Shown one piece after another: positions 45,300 through 55,220 of a DNA stretch of 64,000 nucleotides. Source of the stretch: Methanobacteriota archaeon. GTDB lineage: Archaea; Thermoplasmatota; Poseidoniia; Poseidoniales; Poseidoniaceae. Each line of letters opens with the position of its first letter. Positions within the stretch are counted from its first letter, which is position 1. A program made the translations under genes and the position numbers. The stretch lies in the NCBI GenBank assembly GCA_009937025.1, contig JAACDG010000164.1:85-64084 (forward strand). Direction: 5' to 3'. The notes under the pieces are model-generated. The model did no database searches. It saw only the letters and a program-made list of their open reading frames with translations, and was not told where the DNA came from.

Positions 45300-46226
45300 A
45301 TGACTGTATCCCGACCATCCAGCGACACTGCCCACTTGTATGATGGAAAGACTGTTCGTTCAGCAGCACCATCTCGAAAGAAGATTGCAGGTCAAATTGG
45401 CTCTGGAACTGAAATTCCAAAAGATGCGATTCCTCAAGTTGAAATTCCTTCCTTTATCGAAAGTCTTCTTGGAGGGCCTTTGGTCCCAAAGACGAAATTC
45501 TTGCCACCGGCAAAGATGGTCCAAAACCTTCAACTCGGTGTTTATGGTATTCTTGTGGCCTTGGCTTTGATGACCTACATGATTTCACCTGCTGAAGGCA
45601 CTCTTTGGTACATGATTACGGGTAGTTTAGGAATCGCAACGATTCTACAATTGGTGCTTATTGCAGGAGCAACTGGAACTGGCTTTTGGGGAACCTTCCA
45701 ACGTGATGGGCGCTTCACACTTGCCAGCAATTTGATGTTTATTCTCGCTATCCTGCGCTTTGCTTCCTCAAAGGTTACTCTTTCGAGCGACCTCTTTGGT
45801 CTTCAAGACAAGCCGTTTTTACTTTCAGCACTCGTTGTTATCTATTCGGTACTTTTGATTATGTATTTCGAACTGACCAATGGTGTGCTTCGTTATTCGA
45901 TGCTTGACACAAGTATTCGTACCAATGAAGTGTATGTCATGAACCCTCAGAAGATCGTCGGCAAATACCACCGATCTCTACTCATTAATCCAATCATCGC
46001 CACCCTCTTGGCAACCATTGTTCTCTCTGCAAATACAATCCTTCCATTCTTTGTAGGTATTCTTTCGAAAGACACCGCTCTTAGAATGGAAGAATCAGTT
46101 GAACTGATTTCGGTCTATGGTGTAGCGCTCGGAACGTTCTTTGTGTTCTGTGTGGTTGGTGGATTGTTTGCTTTGAACCTTCCAACGCATTTGCAAAGTT
46201 TCCGTGAGAAGCGTGCTGAGGATTGA
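45300..46226 (+). CDS. Polytopic membrane protein, fourth gene of MoxR module (hypothetical)
   Basis: 308 aa with about 6 TM helices. 9-nt gap after the DUF58 gene. Confidence 0.5.
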   Translation: MTVSRPSSDTAHLYDGKTVRSAAPSRKKIAGQIGSGTEIPKDAIPQVEIPSFIESLLGGPLVPKTKFLPPAKMVQNLQLGVYGILVALALMTYMISPAEGTLWYMITGSLGIATILQLVLIAGATGTGFWGTFQRDGRFTLASNLMFILAILRFASSKVTLSSDLFGLQDKPFLLSALVVIYSVLLIMYFELTNGVLRYSMLDTSIRTNEVYVMNPQKIVGKYHRSLLINPIIATLLATIVLSANTILPFFVGILSKDTALRMEESVELISVYGVALGTFFVFCVVGGLFALNLPTHLQSFREKRAED

Positions 46227-46228
46227 AT

Positions 46229-47551
46229 CTAAACTTCAATGCTGAGATTCAAATATTCTGCTAATACTTCAAGCATTGAGTGTATTTCTTTCTTTTTAGA
46301 GAGCAGGCGAATCGCATGATCGGTTGCTGAAAGAACCTCCACATCAAGGAGTGTTTGTATTTCATGAATGATAGATAATTCCGAGTCTTCAGGTAGTTTA
46401 TTTCCGACCAATGAGAACATAACGCCATATTCTTCCGTCTCAGGTGTAGAGAAATGTGCTGAAACGATTGAATTCGCTTTTCCAATATCGTGTTGTGAGA
46501 TAACCCATACTATTTCTCCATGGGTTGAATCCAGGTGCCAACAAGGAATGTTTTCATGTGCAAATTCGATGAGGACACGTCCAAGTTGCTCATTCTGACT
46601 TTCAAGAGATGGAGCGCGAGCGCGTATCCGAATGATGTTCGGCAAGCACCCTATGGCTTTCACTCGTCGAGTTTGATGTAAATCTGGACCGATGATTGTC
46701 GCCGCTTTTGTACTTTGAACTCCACGAAGGTCTCGAATCTCAAGTGGAATTCCGACACTGCGAAGAGGTTCAACCGTTGCTGGGTGAAGTACAGGCGTAT
46801 CCAATCTTGCAAGTTCAATGGCTTCCCCATAGCCAAGGTATGGTATTGGAGAGGATTGAATCCCCCATCGAGGATTGAGCGGTAATACGCCGTCAACATC
46901 TTTCCACAATATGACTCGGTCAGCATCGATGAGGTGGGCAATGGATGTTGCTGTATGGTCGCTCCCTCCACGTCCGAGAAGAGCTAATTCACCGTCCGCA
47001 CCTTCACCAAACCATCCAGTGATGACGGGTGTCCCATGGAGCGCAGTCCGGTCCAATTCTTTCATTGAACTCTCTAAATCAACAACCGGTGCTCTGTTGC
47101 TTCCTTTCAACTTCAAACTGATATCTTCAGCACCAACAGGATGGGCTTGAATACCACATTCTTGCAAACGATGTGCAACAACCAAAGCAGAAAGGCGTTC
47201 ACCAGCAGCCAACAATCGGTTCGATGCCTTCCAATCGCTGGAGTTTCGAGATAAAATTTCTAACGCTTGTTCTATTCCATTTAATACAGCGTTGAAGACC
47301 CCTCCATTCTCACTTTCAAGAATGCCAGGAGCAAAGCGTAAATGTTGTCTTGAAAGGTCATTTACCAATCGGCTTGCATAACGTGGCTCTTGACTTGCTC
47401 GCATCAAACGGTCGGTTGTACCCCAAAGTGCTGAGACGACGATGACGGATTGTCCTGGCCAAAACCGAATCACTTCAGCAATGCGGTTTAAATCTGAAAT
47501 ATCTCGAAGGCAAGAGCCACCGAATTTGTGAACAGTGATTTTTTTACTCAT
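46229..47551 (-). CDS. lysC: Aspartate kinase
   Basis: VHKFGGSCL, VVSALWGTTDRL, GERLSALVV and LGRGGSDHTATS motifs, plus C-terminal ACT-like domains. Start at MSKKITV (an internal Met of ORF 47659). Confidence 0.85.
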   Translation of the reverse strand: MSKKITVHKFGGSCLRDISDLNRIAEVIRFWPGQSVIVVSALWGTTDRLMRASQEPRYASRLVNDLSRQHLRFAPGILESENGGVFNAVLNGIEQALEILSRNSSDWKASNRLLAAGERLSALVVAHRLQECGIQAHPVGAEDISLKLKGSNRAPVVDLESSMKELDRTALHGTPVITGWFGEGADGELALLGRGGSDHTATSIAHLIDADRVILWKDVDGVLPLNPRWGIQSSPIPYLGYGEAIELARLDTPVLHPATVEPLRSVGIPLEIRDLRGVQSTKAATIIGPDLHQTRRVKAIGCLPNIIRIRARAPSLESQNEQLGRVLIEFAHENIPCWHLDSTHGEIVWVISQHDIGKANSIVSAHFSTPETEEYGVMFSLVGNKLPEDSELSIIHEIQTLLDVEVLSATDHAIRLLSKKKEIHSMLEVLAEYLNLSIEV

Positions 47552-48620
47552 CGTAGAAACCTCCACGCATTGCAAGGTCACACAGAACAAGTTTTGCCAT
47601 TGCTTCAACAACAGCAACCGCTCTTGGCCCCAAGACAGGGTCATGTCGACCACCGACAACCAAGGGTTGAATTGAATCGGTTGCTAAATTGAGAGTGTGT
47701 TGCTCCGCAGCAATACTGGATGGTGGTTTGAAAGCAACAGAAACATGAATCGGAGAGCCGGTTGCAAGACCAGCCAGCACACCGTCCGGATTCTCACCAA
47801 GTAATGTGGGATGTTCAGCAGTTCCACCCCATGGATCATTATGCTCTTTCCCTGTCATTCCGACAACATCGAAACCTCGTCCAAAAGTGACGCCGCGAGC
47901 AGCAGGTATGGCCACCATTGCTCGTGCCAGGGCCGGTTCCAACCCATCAAACCAAGGTTCACCTAATCCCAATGGCACTCCTGTTATACGAAGGTCAACA
48001 CGACTTCCAATCGAATTGCGGTCCATTCGATGCTGTTCTACAGTTTCGATCATTGCAAGTGCAGCAAGAGGGTCTCTGCATCGCATTTCTTTACATGCAT
48101 CTGTGTCCCATCGAGGGGGGCATTTTTCCATTGGTAACGCTTGTATTTGGCCTATGGCGCCGACCTGCGCTTCACATTCAATGCCCAATGTTTTGAGAAG
48201 TGGAGAAAGTAAGGCAGCAGAAGCGACTAATGCTGCGGTTAAGCGAGCACTTGAACTCCCTCCACCGCGAAGGTCAGCCTCGCCGTTGGTACGCTTGTGC
48301 ATTACCATGTCCTGATGCCCTGGACGAGGATGGTCGGGTAAGAAACTGTAATCTTTGGATTTTGCATCTTTGTTGGCAATTGAAATTTCTATTTCTTCAC
48401 CGTTAGTTTTGCCATTTGCTACACCTGTTCGGAATTCCACAATATCGGGTTCTCTACGTTTGCTGGCATAGCGCCCTCCAGGGCGCCGAGATGCCATTGC
48501 AAGTTCAATCGCTAAAGAATCAATTTCAATTCCAGCGGGTACACCTGTTAGAATTACTCCAACACGTGGGCCATGACTTGTCCCAAAAAGGGTGAGACGA
48601 ATCCATTCTCCGAGGTGCAT
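47544..48620 (-). CDS. aroC: Chorismate synthase
   Basis: LTLFGTSHGPRVGVILTGVPAGIEI (the GESHG region), with further conserved motifs (RRPGGRYASKRREPD) downstream. Overlaps the aspartokinase start by 8 nt. Confidence 0.85.
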   Translation of the reverse strand: MHLGEWIRLTLFGTSHGPRVGVILTGVPAGIEIDSLAIELAMASRRPGGRYASKRREPDIVEFRTGVANGKTNGEEIEISIANKDAKSKDYSFLPDHPRPGHQDMVMHKRTNGEADLRGGGSSSARLTAALVASAALLSPLLKTLGIECEAQVGAIGQIQALPMEKCPPRWDTDACKEMRCRDPLAALAMIETVEQHRMDRNSIGSRVDLRITGVPLGLGEPWFDGLEPALARAMVAIPAARGVTFGRGFDVVGMTGKEHNDPWGGTAEHPTLLGENPDGVLAGLATGSPIHVSVAFKPPSSIAAEQHTLNLATDSIQPLVVGGRHDPVLGPRAVAVVEAMAKLVLCDLAMRGGFYDE

Positions 48621-48670
48621 ATGCATTGGACTCAGCAGAACGAGCCGTCCTCCCCTCAAGAAGGTGTGTC

Positions 48671-49561
48671 TCACATCTCTTCTTCTTCGATGCTCAAAAA
48701 CGATGTTTCGATTACTTTTACGACATCTGGATTTCTATCAAAAAGTTTCAGTAACCGGTCACAAGTGGGCTGGCTTACTTTTGGAGCAACCACAATAATA
48801 GCGTTCCCGGAACCTGTCATTCCCGCAGCACGTGCACCATTGAGAATTGCATCATTGGTGATTTTTTTCCCTTGAACATCATTCATGACGGCAACTGTCC
48901 CTCGTCCATTCCAAGTCAAGGCAACCAATTCATTCATTTCTTGTAAAGCTGAAAGTGAATTTTGATAGGAGGCGACGTGGGGGATGAAATCTTCGAGTTC
49001 TGGCCGTTTGGAACGTTCTCCACGGCAAACAACCATGACAACCCAATCCTCGGATTTCGGGCCATTTCCTTCAAATAAAACACCTTCAGTGATGCTGGTT
49101 GCCTGAGGGTCGATAAGTTTCCACCCAGGGGTAAGACAAGCCCAAGCATCATCAATCGAACCAGTGAGTGATACATTTGCTTCTAATTGTGCTTGAGCAG
49201 CCATAGCCACGAATTCTTCATCACTGACTTCTGATTTGGTTGACTCAGCAAGTGCCCGAAGTGCACCTATTGCCGTTGCTGCACTCGATTTGAGACCCTG
49301 GCGCGGAGGGATTTGGCTTTTGACAGCCCAATGCAAACCTTCTTTGGAAAGTTCGTTAGGAAGCTGAAACCCTCCAGCAAGCCAAGCATCAATGACAGCA
49401 GGAAGGAGTTCATCAGGGTCATCGACAGGACGCTTACTTGGCTTGTCAAGTAAACGAACAGCTAATGGTAAGTCAAGACCAATACTTGCTCCGTATCCAG
49501 TGCCAGCAGCATGCAAGAGGCTACAGCCACCATTCGCATTTCCAGAACCTAATACGGCCAT
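48671..49561 (-). CDS. aroK: Shikimate kinase, archaeal GHMP-kinase type
   Basis: MAVLGSGNANGGCSLLHAAGTGYGASIGLDLP resembles the MJ1440-type N-terminus. GHMP fold and operon context. Confidence 0.65.
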   Translation of the reverse strand: MAVLGSGNANGGCSLLHAAGTGYGASIGLDLPLAVRLLDKPSKRPVDDPDELLPAVIDAWLAGGFQLPNELSKEGLHWAVKSQIPPRQGLKSSAATAIGALRALAESTKSEVSDEEFVAMAAQAQLEANVSLTGSIDDAWACLTPGWKLIDPQATSITEGVLFEGNGPKSEDWVVMVVCRGERSKRPELEDFIPHVASYQNSLSALQEMNELVALTWNGRGTVAVMNDVQGKKITNDAILNGARAAGMTGSGNAIIVVAPKVSQPTCDRLLKLFDRNPDVVKVIETSFLSIEEEEM

Positions 49562-49565
49562 TTCA

Positions 49566-50594
49566 TCATCTCTCAGTAACGGCACTTGAGATTGAGGCAC
49601 CGATGTGCCTCGCTCCTATGTCGCTCCATCCTATGACTTCCTCACCTATTTTCAATTTTGTAATTGATTTGATTTGTTTGTCAAAGCCCACGACGCGTAC
49701 CGTCTCTGCTTGTTGCAAGAACATGCTCCCTTCTTTATCGTTTTCATCAATCCATTTTATCAAAATCATGGGCCGAATCTCGATTTTTAATCGACCGATT
49801 GAGGCACTGCGTTGTAAACCTTCAGTGTTTACCAAAAGGATTTCATCACCAGATTGAAGTTCTGAGAGATATTTTGTTTTTCCATCGGCCATGCGGACAT
49901 AAGCGTGTGGGGGCCCAGCATTGACACGGAATGGGCGTGTAGGTACAAATTCCGATTCAAGTGTTTCACCGTGTACGAAAAGAAAACTCGATGCGTTGGA
50001 ACCGAGTAATAACCCCTCGCCTTGGTCCAACAAACGGGTCATATCAATGCAATAACGTTCTGCAGTCCCTCCTGACTCAATTGAAGTAATGGTGAGTTTC
50101 CCAATACCAATCTTACTTGCAGAGAAGCGTACTTCATCGACTTTAGGAGTTGCATGTTCCAAACGCTGTGCTTTGACAATCAACGCAACCTCGACCATGG
50201 AGGGGGTATTTTGTACAACTAAGGCATCAACACCTTGCTCCAATGCAAAACCTGCACCTTGGGCCTGTTCTGGAGAAGTAATAACCGCCGCAATCTTTGT
50301 CGGTGTTCCTTCACATGCGGCAATAATATTTTCAATTGGTATCATCGACCAATCTGTGAATTCGAGAACCAACCATTCGACACTTCCAACCAGCGAGCGA
50401 GCCTGTTCCTGTGAAGTATCTGAATCAATAGTCACTAAACTTCCAATCAAATGTTCTCGATTCATCAAGCGATTTCCATCAATAAAATAATCTCTTGTAG
50501 AATCTGAATATTGTGGAAAAAGAATTCTGTCTATTCCAGAGTCTAAAGAAGCAAATGCTTCTATAGATTTGCGACCATCAAGCCAGACTTCCAT
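49566..50594 (-). CDS. aroB': 3-dehydroquinate synthase II (archaeal AroB')
   Basis: 342 aa. Position between aroA' and the shikimate kinase, with size matching the MJ1249 family. No explicit motif verified. Confidence 0.55.
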   Translation of the reverse strand: MEVWLDGRKSIEAFASLDSGIDRILFPQYSDSTRDYFIDGNRLMNREHLIGSLVTIDSDTSQEQARSLVGSVEWLVLEFTDWSMIPIENIIAACEGTPTKIAAVITSPEQAQGAGFALEQGVDALVVQNTPSMVEVALIVKAQRLEHATPKVDEVRFSASKIGIGKLTITSIESGGTAERYCIDMTRLLDQGEGLLLGSNASSFLFVHGETLESEFVPTRPFRVNAGPPHAYVRMADGKTKYLSELQSGDEILLVNTEGLQRSASIGRLKIEIRPMILIKWIDENDKEGSMFLQQAETVRVVGFDKQIKSITKLKIGEEVIGWSDIGARHIGASISSAVTER

Positions 50595-50603
50595 ATCGAC
50601 CCC

Positions 50604-51401
50604 TCAAAGTTCACAGGCATTCATCGCTTCTTCTACAGTAGCGTCCTCATGGACAAGCATAACCAATGCTTTGGCAATTGCTTCAATGTTTGGATGTGCA
50701 AACACTTGCCGCCCCATACAAACACCTGATGCACCAGCGTCAAGCGCCTTTCTCACCATGGTCAAAATGGCTTTTGAATCACCAGTTGATGGACCACCAG
50801 CAACCAGTACCGGAATCGGAGCTGCAGATGTGATTTTTCTGAAACTTTCCATATCTCCGGTCCATGTGGTCTTTGCAGCATCACAGCCTAACTCAAAGGC
50901 GAGCCGAACAGCGTGAGCATTAGCGTTGGTATCGTCCCCCTCCATCACAGAGAGATGTTCGCCACGGGCATAGACCATGCCAAACATGGGTAATTGATGA
51001 TGAAGTGCTGCTCTGCTCATTTGACCCATGCGTTCAATCATGGTGGCTTCATTCGGACTCCCCATATTGACTTGGCAAGAAACACCGATACCACCTCTTG
51101 GAAGAACTTCATCCGCATTACCTACCAGTACTTTGTTTGCAGAATCTGGACCTGCGTGTCGTGTTGAGACTGAAAAGTGAACAACCATGTCTGTCGATGA
51201 GGACGCACACAAATGGTGGTAATGTCCAACAACTCCTTTTTGGGCAACAATCGCATCAACACCTGCTCGAACAAGCGATTGAATGACATGCTTGGTATCA
51301 GTTAGGCCGTCAACAGGGAAATCTGAGGCGCCATGATCGATTGGAATCCAAACACCACGTCCATTTGGAAGCAATGAGTCCATGCGAGATGCCTTGTCCA
51401 T
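50604..51401 (-). CDS. aroA': 2-amino-3,7-dideoxy-D-threo-hept-6-ulosonate synthase / DhnA-type class I aldolase (AroA')
   Basis: DhnA-family TIM barrel (GRGVWIPIDHGASDFPVDGL...). Operon context with aroB'. Confidence 0.75.
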   Translation of the reverse strand: MDKASRMDSLLPNGRGVWIPIDHGASDFPVDGLTDTKHVIQSLVRAGVDAIVAQKGVVGHYHHLCASSSTDMVVHFSVSTRHAGPDSANKVLVGNADEVLPRGGIGVSCQVNMGSPNEATMIERMGQMSRAALHHQLPMFGMVYARGEHLSVMEGDDTNANAHAVRLAFELGCDAAKTTWTGDMESFRKITSAAPIPVLVAGGPSTGDSKAILTMVRKALDAGASGVCMGRQVFAHPNIEAIAKALVMLVHEDATVEEAMNACEL

Positions 51402-51442
51402 GCTACGCCGAAAACTCGCTTGTTCTCAAGGTTTTGCACATC

Positions 51443-52117
51443 TCAATTGGAATCGATTTGCTCACTTGACCATTTCATCATGGCTAATTCAGCCCTATTC
51501 AGATGTTCTTGCAAGGTCGAGCGAGGTATTTTCATCAATTCAGAAAGTTCACGCAATTTGATTTGTTTTGGATGGTCGTAATATCCCGAAGCTGCTGCTA
51601 CTTTTACACACTCTATTTGCCGTGGAGTAAGTATATTTTCAATCAGGCTTTGATTATCACCCATTTCAACAACTTTGACTATATCTGGTGGAAGTAATGC
51701 TCTACACGTTTTCAAAAAGAGAGAGATACCCTCGGGAACACCTCGAACAGTGATGTTGATTCCTTCTCCTCCGTAGGTGTATGGTGGGAGTATATGGATA
51801 TTTGAAAAACGAATTGCTGCAATGGAAAGTGGATGTGCATTCCAAACGACCAAATAGCCGCTCTGTCCTCCTTCAAGTTCTGATTCAACGGTCAAAAAGG
51901 GAACTTCATTCAGGTCCTTTGCACTCTTTCCTTCACAGAAATGTGGTAAAAGCAGTTGTCGAATGCCTTTGTCTCCAATATCAAGGTGGCCAACAACCTC
52001 CAAAGAATGCGCAATATTAGCAATTGGGGCATATTCTGAGTTTGCTACGGTCTCAGCCGTCCACTTCAGATGAATTTCGCGCACAAACAGACCACAGCGT
52101 AATGTGATATAAAACAA
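51443..52117 (-). CDS. Transcriptional regulator with C-terminal HTH_10 (Bat-type) DNA-binding domain
   Basis: C-terminus LTPRQIECVKVAAASGYYDHPKQIKLRELSELMKIPRSTLQEHLNRAE. First gene of the aro operon. Confidence 0.6.
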   Translation of the reverse strand: MFYITLRCGLFVREIHLKWTAETVANSEYAPIANIAHSLEVVGHLDIGDKGIRQLLLPHFCEGKSAKDLNEVPFLTVESELEGGQSGYLVVWNAHPLSIAAIRFSNIHILPPYTYGGEGINITVRGVPEGISLFLKTCRALLPPDIVKVVEMGDNQSLIENILTPRQIECVKVAAASGYYDHPKQIKLRELSELMKIPRSTLQEHLNRAELAMMKWSSEQIDSN

Positions 52118-52157
52118 AAGCCAATATGAACACCTCCGTCAATTTAGTGGCAATATC

Positions 52158-53477
52158 ATGATTGAAAATAATCTCTTTTCCCAAACACGACCAACCGATG
52201 CTACAAAAGGCTACCACTCTCTGCGAGTTCTAATGGGACTTGAAACCGTCTTGACTTCGATTGCCCTTGTCGGGGGTTTTATTGTTGGATTATGGTACAT
52301 TTTTACCCGTAAAGACGTAACTGTTTCGGCTCGCCAAGGTATGAGTCCTGAAGGCTTGCGATACGGTTCAGGCTCTCCGGGTTTTGGAAATGCGAAGAAA
52401 GAAATCGATCGAAAGTTAGCTATTGTTGAAAACCGCCGACGGCGGCAAGAAGCAATTGCAGGGCGGCTCGCCTTGGAAAACGCAGAGCGTCAAGCACAAG
52501 AGCAACTTGAACAAACTCGAGCCCAGCAAGATGCTGAACGCGAACAAATGGTGCAAGAAGCTAGAGAAAAGGCTCTTGAAGAGGCTCGGCTGGCTTCCGA
52601 AGCAGAACAAAAGGTTCGAGAGGAGCAAGAAGAGGCTCGTCGCCGAGAAGAAGAAGAAGCACGTCTTGCAGCAGAACGCGAAAATCAGCGTCAATCAGAC
52701 TTCTTGGCAGCAGAAGAGGCTCGTCTCGCCGAAATTGCCGCAGCACAGCAATCTCAAATCGCTTCAAACAATGCCAATTCGAAAGCCATCAAAGAACTTC
52801 AAGCCCGTTTGGAGCGAGAAGGTGCAAAATCATCCGATGTCCAAGTCTCCTTAATGTGGAACAATTACAATGACCTTGATTTGCACATTGTTTGTCCATC
52901 AGGCGAACGTATTCACGGTGGAAACAAAATTTCAGCCTGCAAAGGAGAACTCGATGTCGATGCGAATGTTAGAGCAGAAACACGTAAACCGGTCGAGAAT
53001 GTATTCTGGCCAGAAGGGACTGCTCCTGGGGGCACATATCATGTCTATGTGCATTATTACAAAAAGCACAACAAACGCCGTTCTAAAGACCCAACAAAGT
53101 TCCAAATCATGGTGAGCAGCGGTGGAGAATTAACCGAATATTCATCCGAACTCAGTAAGGGCTACCCAATCATGCAAGTCTGTTCCTTTGAGGTGGCTTC
53201 CAAAGCAGAACGAGAGCGCTTGAAGGTGGAACTTGAATCTGAATTGGAAGCACTCAAAAACAAATTTTCCGCTGCTGCTGATGGCAGTTCCCAACTCTCT
53301 GTCGAAGAACTTGCATCGGCTACAGGAATGTCATTGGAAGAGGCAGAAGCCATTCACAAGAAAGCAGACAAAGACGGCGATGGTTCGGTTTCACTTGATG
53401 AATTCCTTTCCGTTAGCGATGTTCCAAGCGCCCCTGATTTGGAATCATTGAGTAGCGAAGAAGAGACTGCTGATTGA
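52158..53477 (+). CDS. Membrane-anchored protein: N-terminal TM, ~150-aa E/R/A/Q-rich coiled coil, conserved globular domain, C-terminal EF-hand
   Basis: TM LMGLETVLTSIALVGGFIVGLWYIF. Coiled coil ...EEARRREEEEARLAAERENQRQ.... Globular domain VSLMWNNYNDLDLHIVCPSGERIHGGN...GTYHVYVHYY. EF-hand loop DKDGDGSVSLDEF. Confidence 0.6.
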   Translation: MIENNLFSQTRPTDATKGYHSLRVLMGLETVLTSIALVGGFIVGLWYIFTRKDVTVSARQGMSPEGLRYGSGSPGFGNAKKEIDRKLAIVENRRRRQEAIAGRLALENAERQAQEQLEQTRAQQDAEREQMVQEAREKALEEARLASEAEQKVREEQEEARRREEEEARLAAERENQRQSDFLAAEEARLAEIAAAQQSQIASNNANSKAIKELQARLEREGAKSSDVQVSLMWNNYNDLDLHIVCPSGERIHGGNKISACKGELDVDANVRAETRKPVENVFWPEGTAPGGTYHVYVHYYKKHNKRRSKDPTKFQIMVSSGGELTEYSSELSKGYPIMQVCSFEVASKAERERLKVELESELEALKNKFSAAADGSSQLSVEELASATGMSLEEAEAIHKKADKDGDGSVSLDEFLSVSDVPSAPDLESLSSEEETAD

Positions 53478-53538
53478 ATCTGAATCGTCTGAGACGAGGA
53501 ACGTTTCACGTCCGTGGCACCCATGTTACAATCTGCTC

Positions 53539-54651
53539 TCAAGAGAGGATGTCTTCCAAACAATTGTTTTGGGATGCTTTGCGAATTGAACGGGCAATAC
53601 GGCGTCCTGTCGACATCCGCTCTTCGTTGATGTCCGAGTAAGGAGAACCTCCGACAAAGGGATTTGAACCTGCAACAATGCGTGCACTGATTTCAAAAAC
53701 TTTGAACTCAAGTGTATCTGTGACAATTGTTTCAAGACAGAAAGGTCCAATCATTCCACGAGAGCCTTCTTCCAATTCAAAAGATTCAGCGACCGTTCCT
53801 TCCGCCATTTCAAAAGCTCTCGGAAGCAGCGATTCACGAATCACAACAGGTTGATTGCCCGTGACTACGAAAGAGGGCTCGAGTTCCATTTCTCGCAAGT
53901 CGCGAAGTGAGCCTAATTTGTAGAATTCATCAACATTTGATTCGTCTCTGCGATCCATCGAAAGGAGTTCCAAACGGCCAAGGTTCTTTCCAGCATTCGA
54001 ACCTTTGCCACGAACTTGGAAACCATCTGTCGCTGTTGGGTCAAAGAAAAAGTGCAGATAATATCTGCAACCTAGAACGTATTCTTGAATCGTAAATTCT
54101 TCTTCGATATCTACATTTCTTCGAAAATCCCGATAATTTCGAGCGATGAAGTATCCTCTGCCACCTTTTGCTCCAGCATATTTGACAATGACCGGGCCAT
54201 CGATGTCATGAGGGTCTTCAAGCACCTTTGGCATTGTACAGCCGCCCGCTTCAAGCCATTGACGTTGGCGCTCACGGCTACTTTCCCAATGGAGGATTCC
54301 ACGATTACCAAAAGTAGGAACTTTCAGTTCACGATAGTTGGACGAGCCAAGATATTCAACCAATGAACCGTGAGGGATAATGACCACGTTTCGTTCACGA
54401 AACCATTCTGCATGGTCAAGCATTTCTCGGTAATTATCAAGCATGAGCCACTCATCGGGTTCGGCACCAGGGAATGCCTGATAGAAACGACGACGATTTT
54501 CTCCAACCGCAATACCGAGTGTTCGGAAACCTTCAATACGCGCGCCATGCAAAATTTGCAGAGAAGAATGAGATGCAACAACACCGATTGTGATGTTGTC
54601 TCGGTCGTAGTCAGCGAGCCATCCCGCCAGTGTATTCGAATCTACGCCCAT
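53539..54651 (-). CDS. purP: 5-formaminoimidazole-4-carboxamide ribonucleotide synthetase (archaeal PurP, ATP-grasp)
   Basis: ITIGVVASHSSLQILHGARIEGFRTLGIAV matches the PurP consensus (IATLGSHSALQIL.GAK.EGF). Start placed at an internal Met (MGVDSN). Confidence 0.75.
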   Translation of the reverse strand: MGVDSNTLAGWLADYDRDNITIGVVASHSSLQILHGARIEGFRTLGIAVGENRRRFYQAFPGAEPDEWLMLDNYREMLDHAEWFRERNVVIIPHGSLVEYLGSSNYRELKVPTFGNRGILHWESSRERQRQWLEAGGCTMPKVLEDPHDIDGPVIVKYAGAKGGRGYFIARNYRDFRRNVDIEEEFTIQEYVLGCRYYLHFFFDPTATDGFQVRGKGSNAGKNLGRLELLSMDRRDESNVDEFYKLGSLRDLREMELEPSFVVTGNQPVVIRESLLPRAFEMAEGTVAESFELEEGSRGMIGPFCLETIVTDTLEFKVFEISARIVAGSNPFVGGSPYSDINEERMSTGRRIARSIRKASQNNCLEDILS

Positions 54652-54799
54652 GTCGAGGGGTTCAGTATGTGTGATATGAGTGTTATGATTGGAATCCATA
54701 GCAGTACGGAATTTTGGATATTTCAATCGCCTTTCAAGAGTGAAGCGAAACCCTCTGTTTGGCCACAACAACGACAAGCCCTCTGCTCAAAGACCCTGT

Positions 54800-55150
54800 A
54801 TGGCATGGTTCCAACTTGTAGTTCGTCTTGTTCTCTCAGGGGGGTTGATTGTTGGTGCGAGTGAAATTGCTAAGAAAAATGATGTTTTTGGCGCTCTCAT
54901 TGCTTCTCTCCCATTAATTTCGATCTTTGCTATGATTTGGTTGTATAATGATACAGGCGATACCGAGCAAATTTCAACTTTCAGCACAGATATATTTTGG
55001 TTGGTCATACCATCGCTTGTTCTTTTTCTCACCTCGCCGGTATTTCTTCAAAGGGGAATGGATTTTTGGCCAGCACTCAGTCTTGCGATTCTTCTCACTG
55101 TTCTCGCCTATATTTTTGGTCTAAAAATTGCCAACGCCTCAACATCTTAA
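54800..55150 (+). CDS. Small membrane protein (DUF3147-like, 3-4 TM), hypothetical
   Basis: An internal Met of ORF 54689 that avoids overlapping the purP start. Hydrophobic helices throughout. Confidence 0.45.
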   Translation: MAWFQLVVRLVLSGGLIVGASEIAKKNDVFGALIASLPLISIFAMIWLYNDTGDTEQISTFSTDIFWLVIPSLVLFLTSPVFLQRGMDFWPALSLAILLTVLAYIFGLKIANASTS

Positions 55151-55220
55151 GGCTTGAAGTCGAATCAAATCCATCTGTGAATGAGTGAAGAGTTCAAGGG
55201 CTTGGCACCTATCCAAAACC

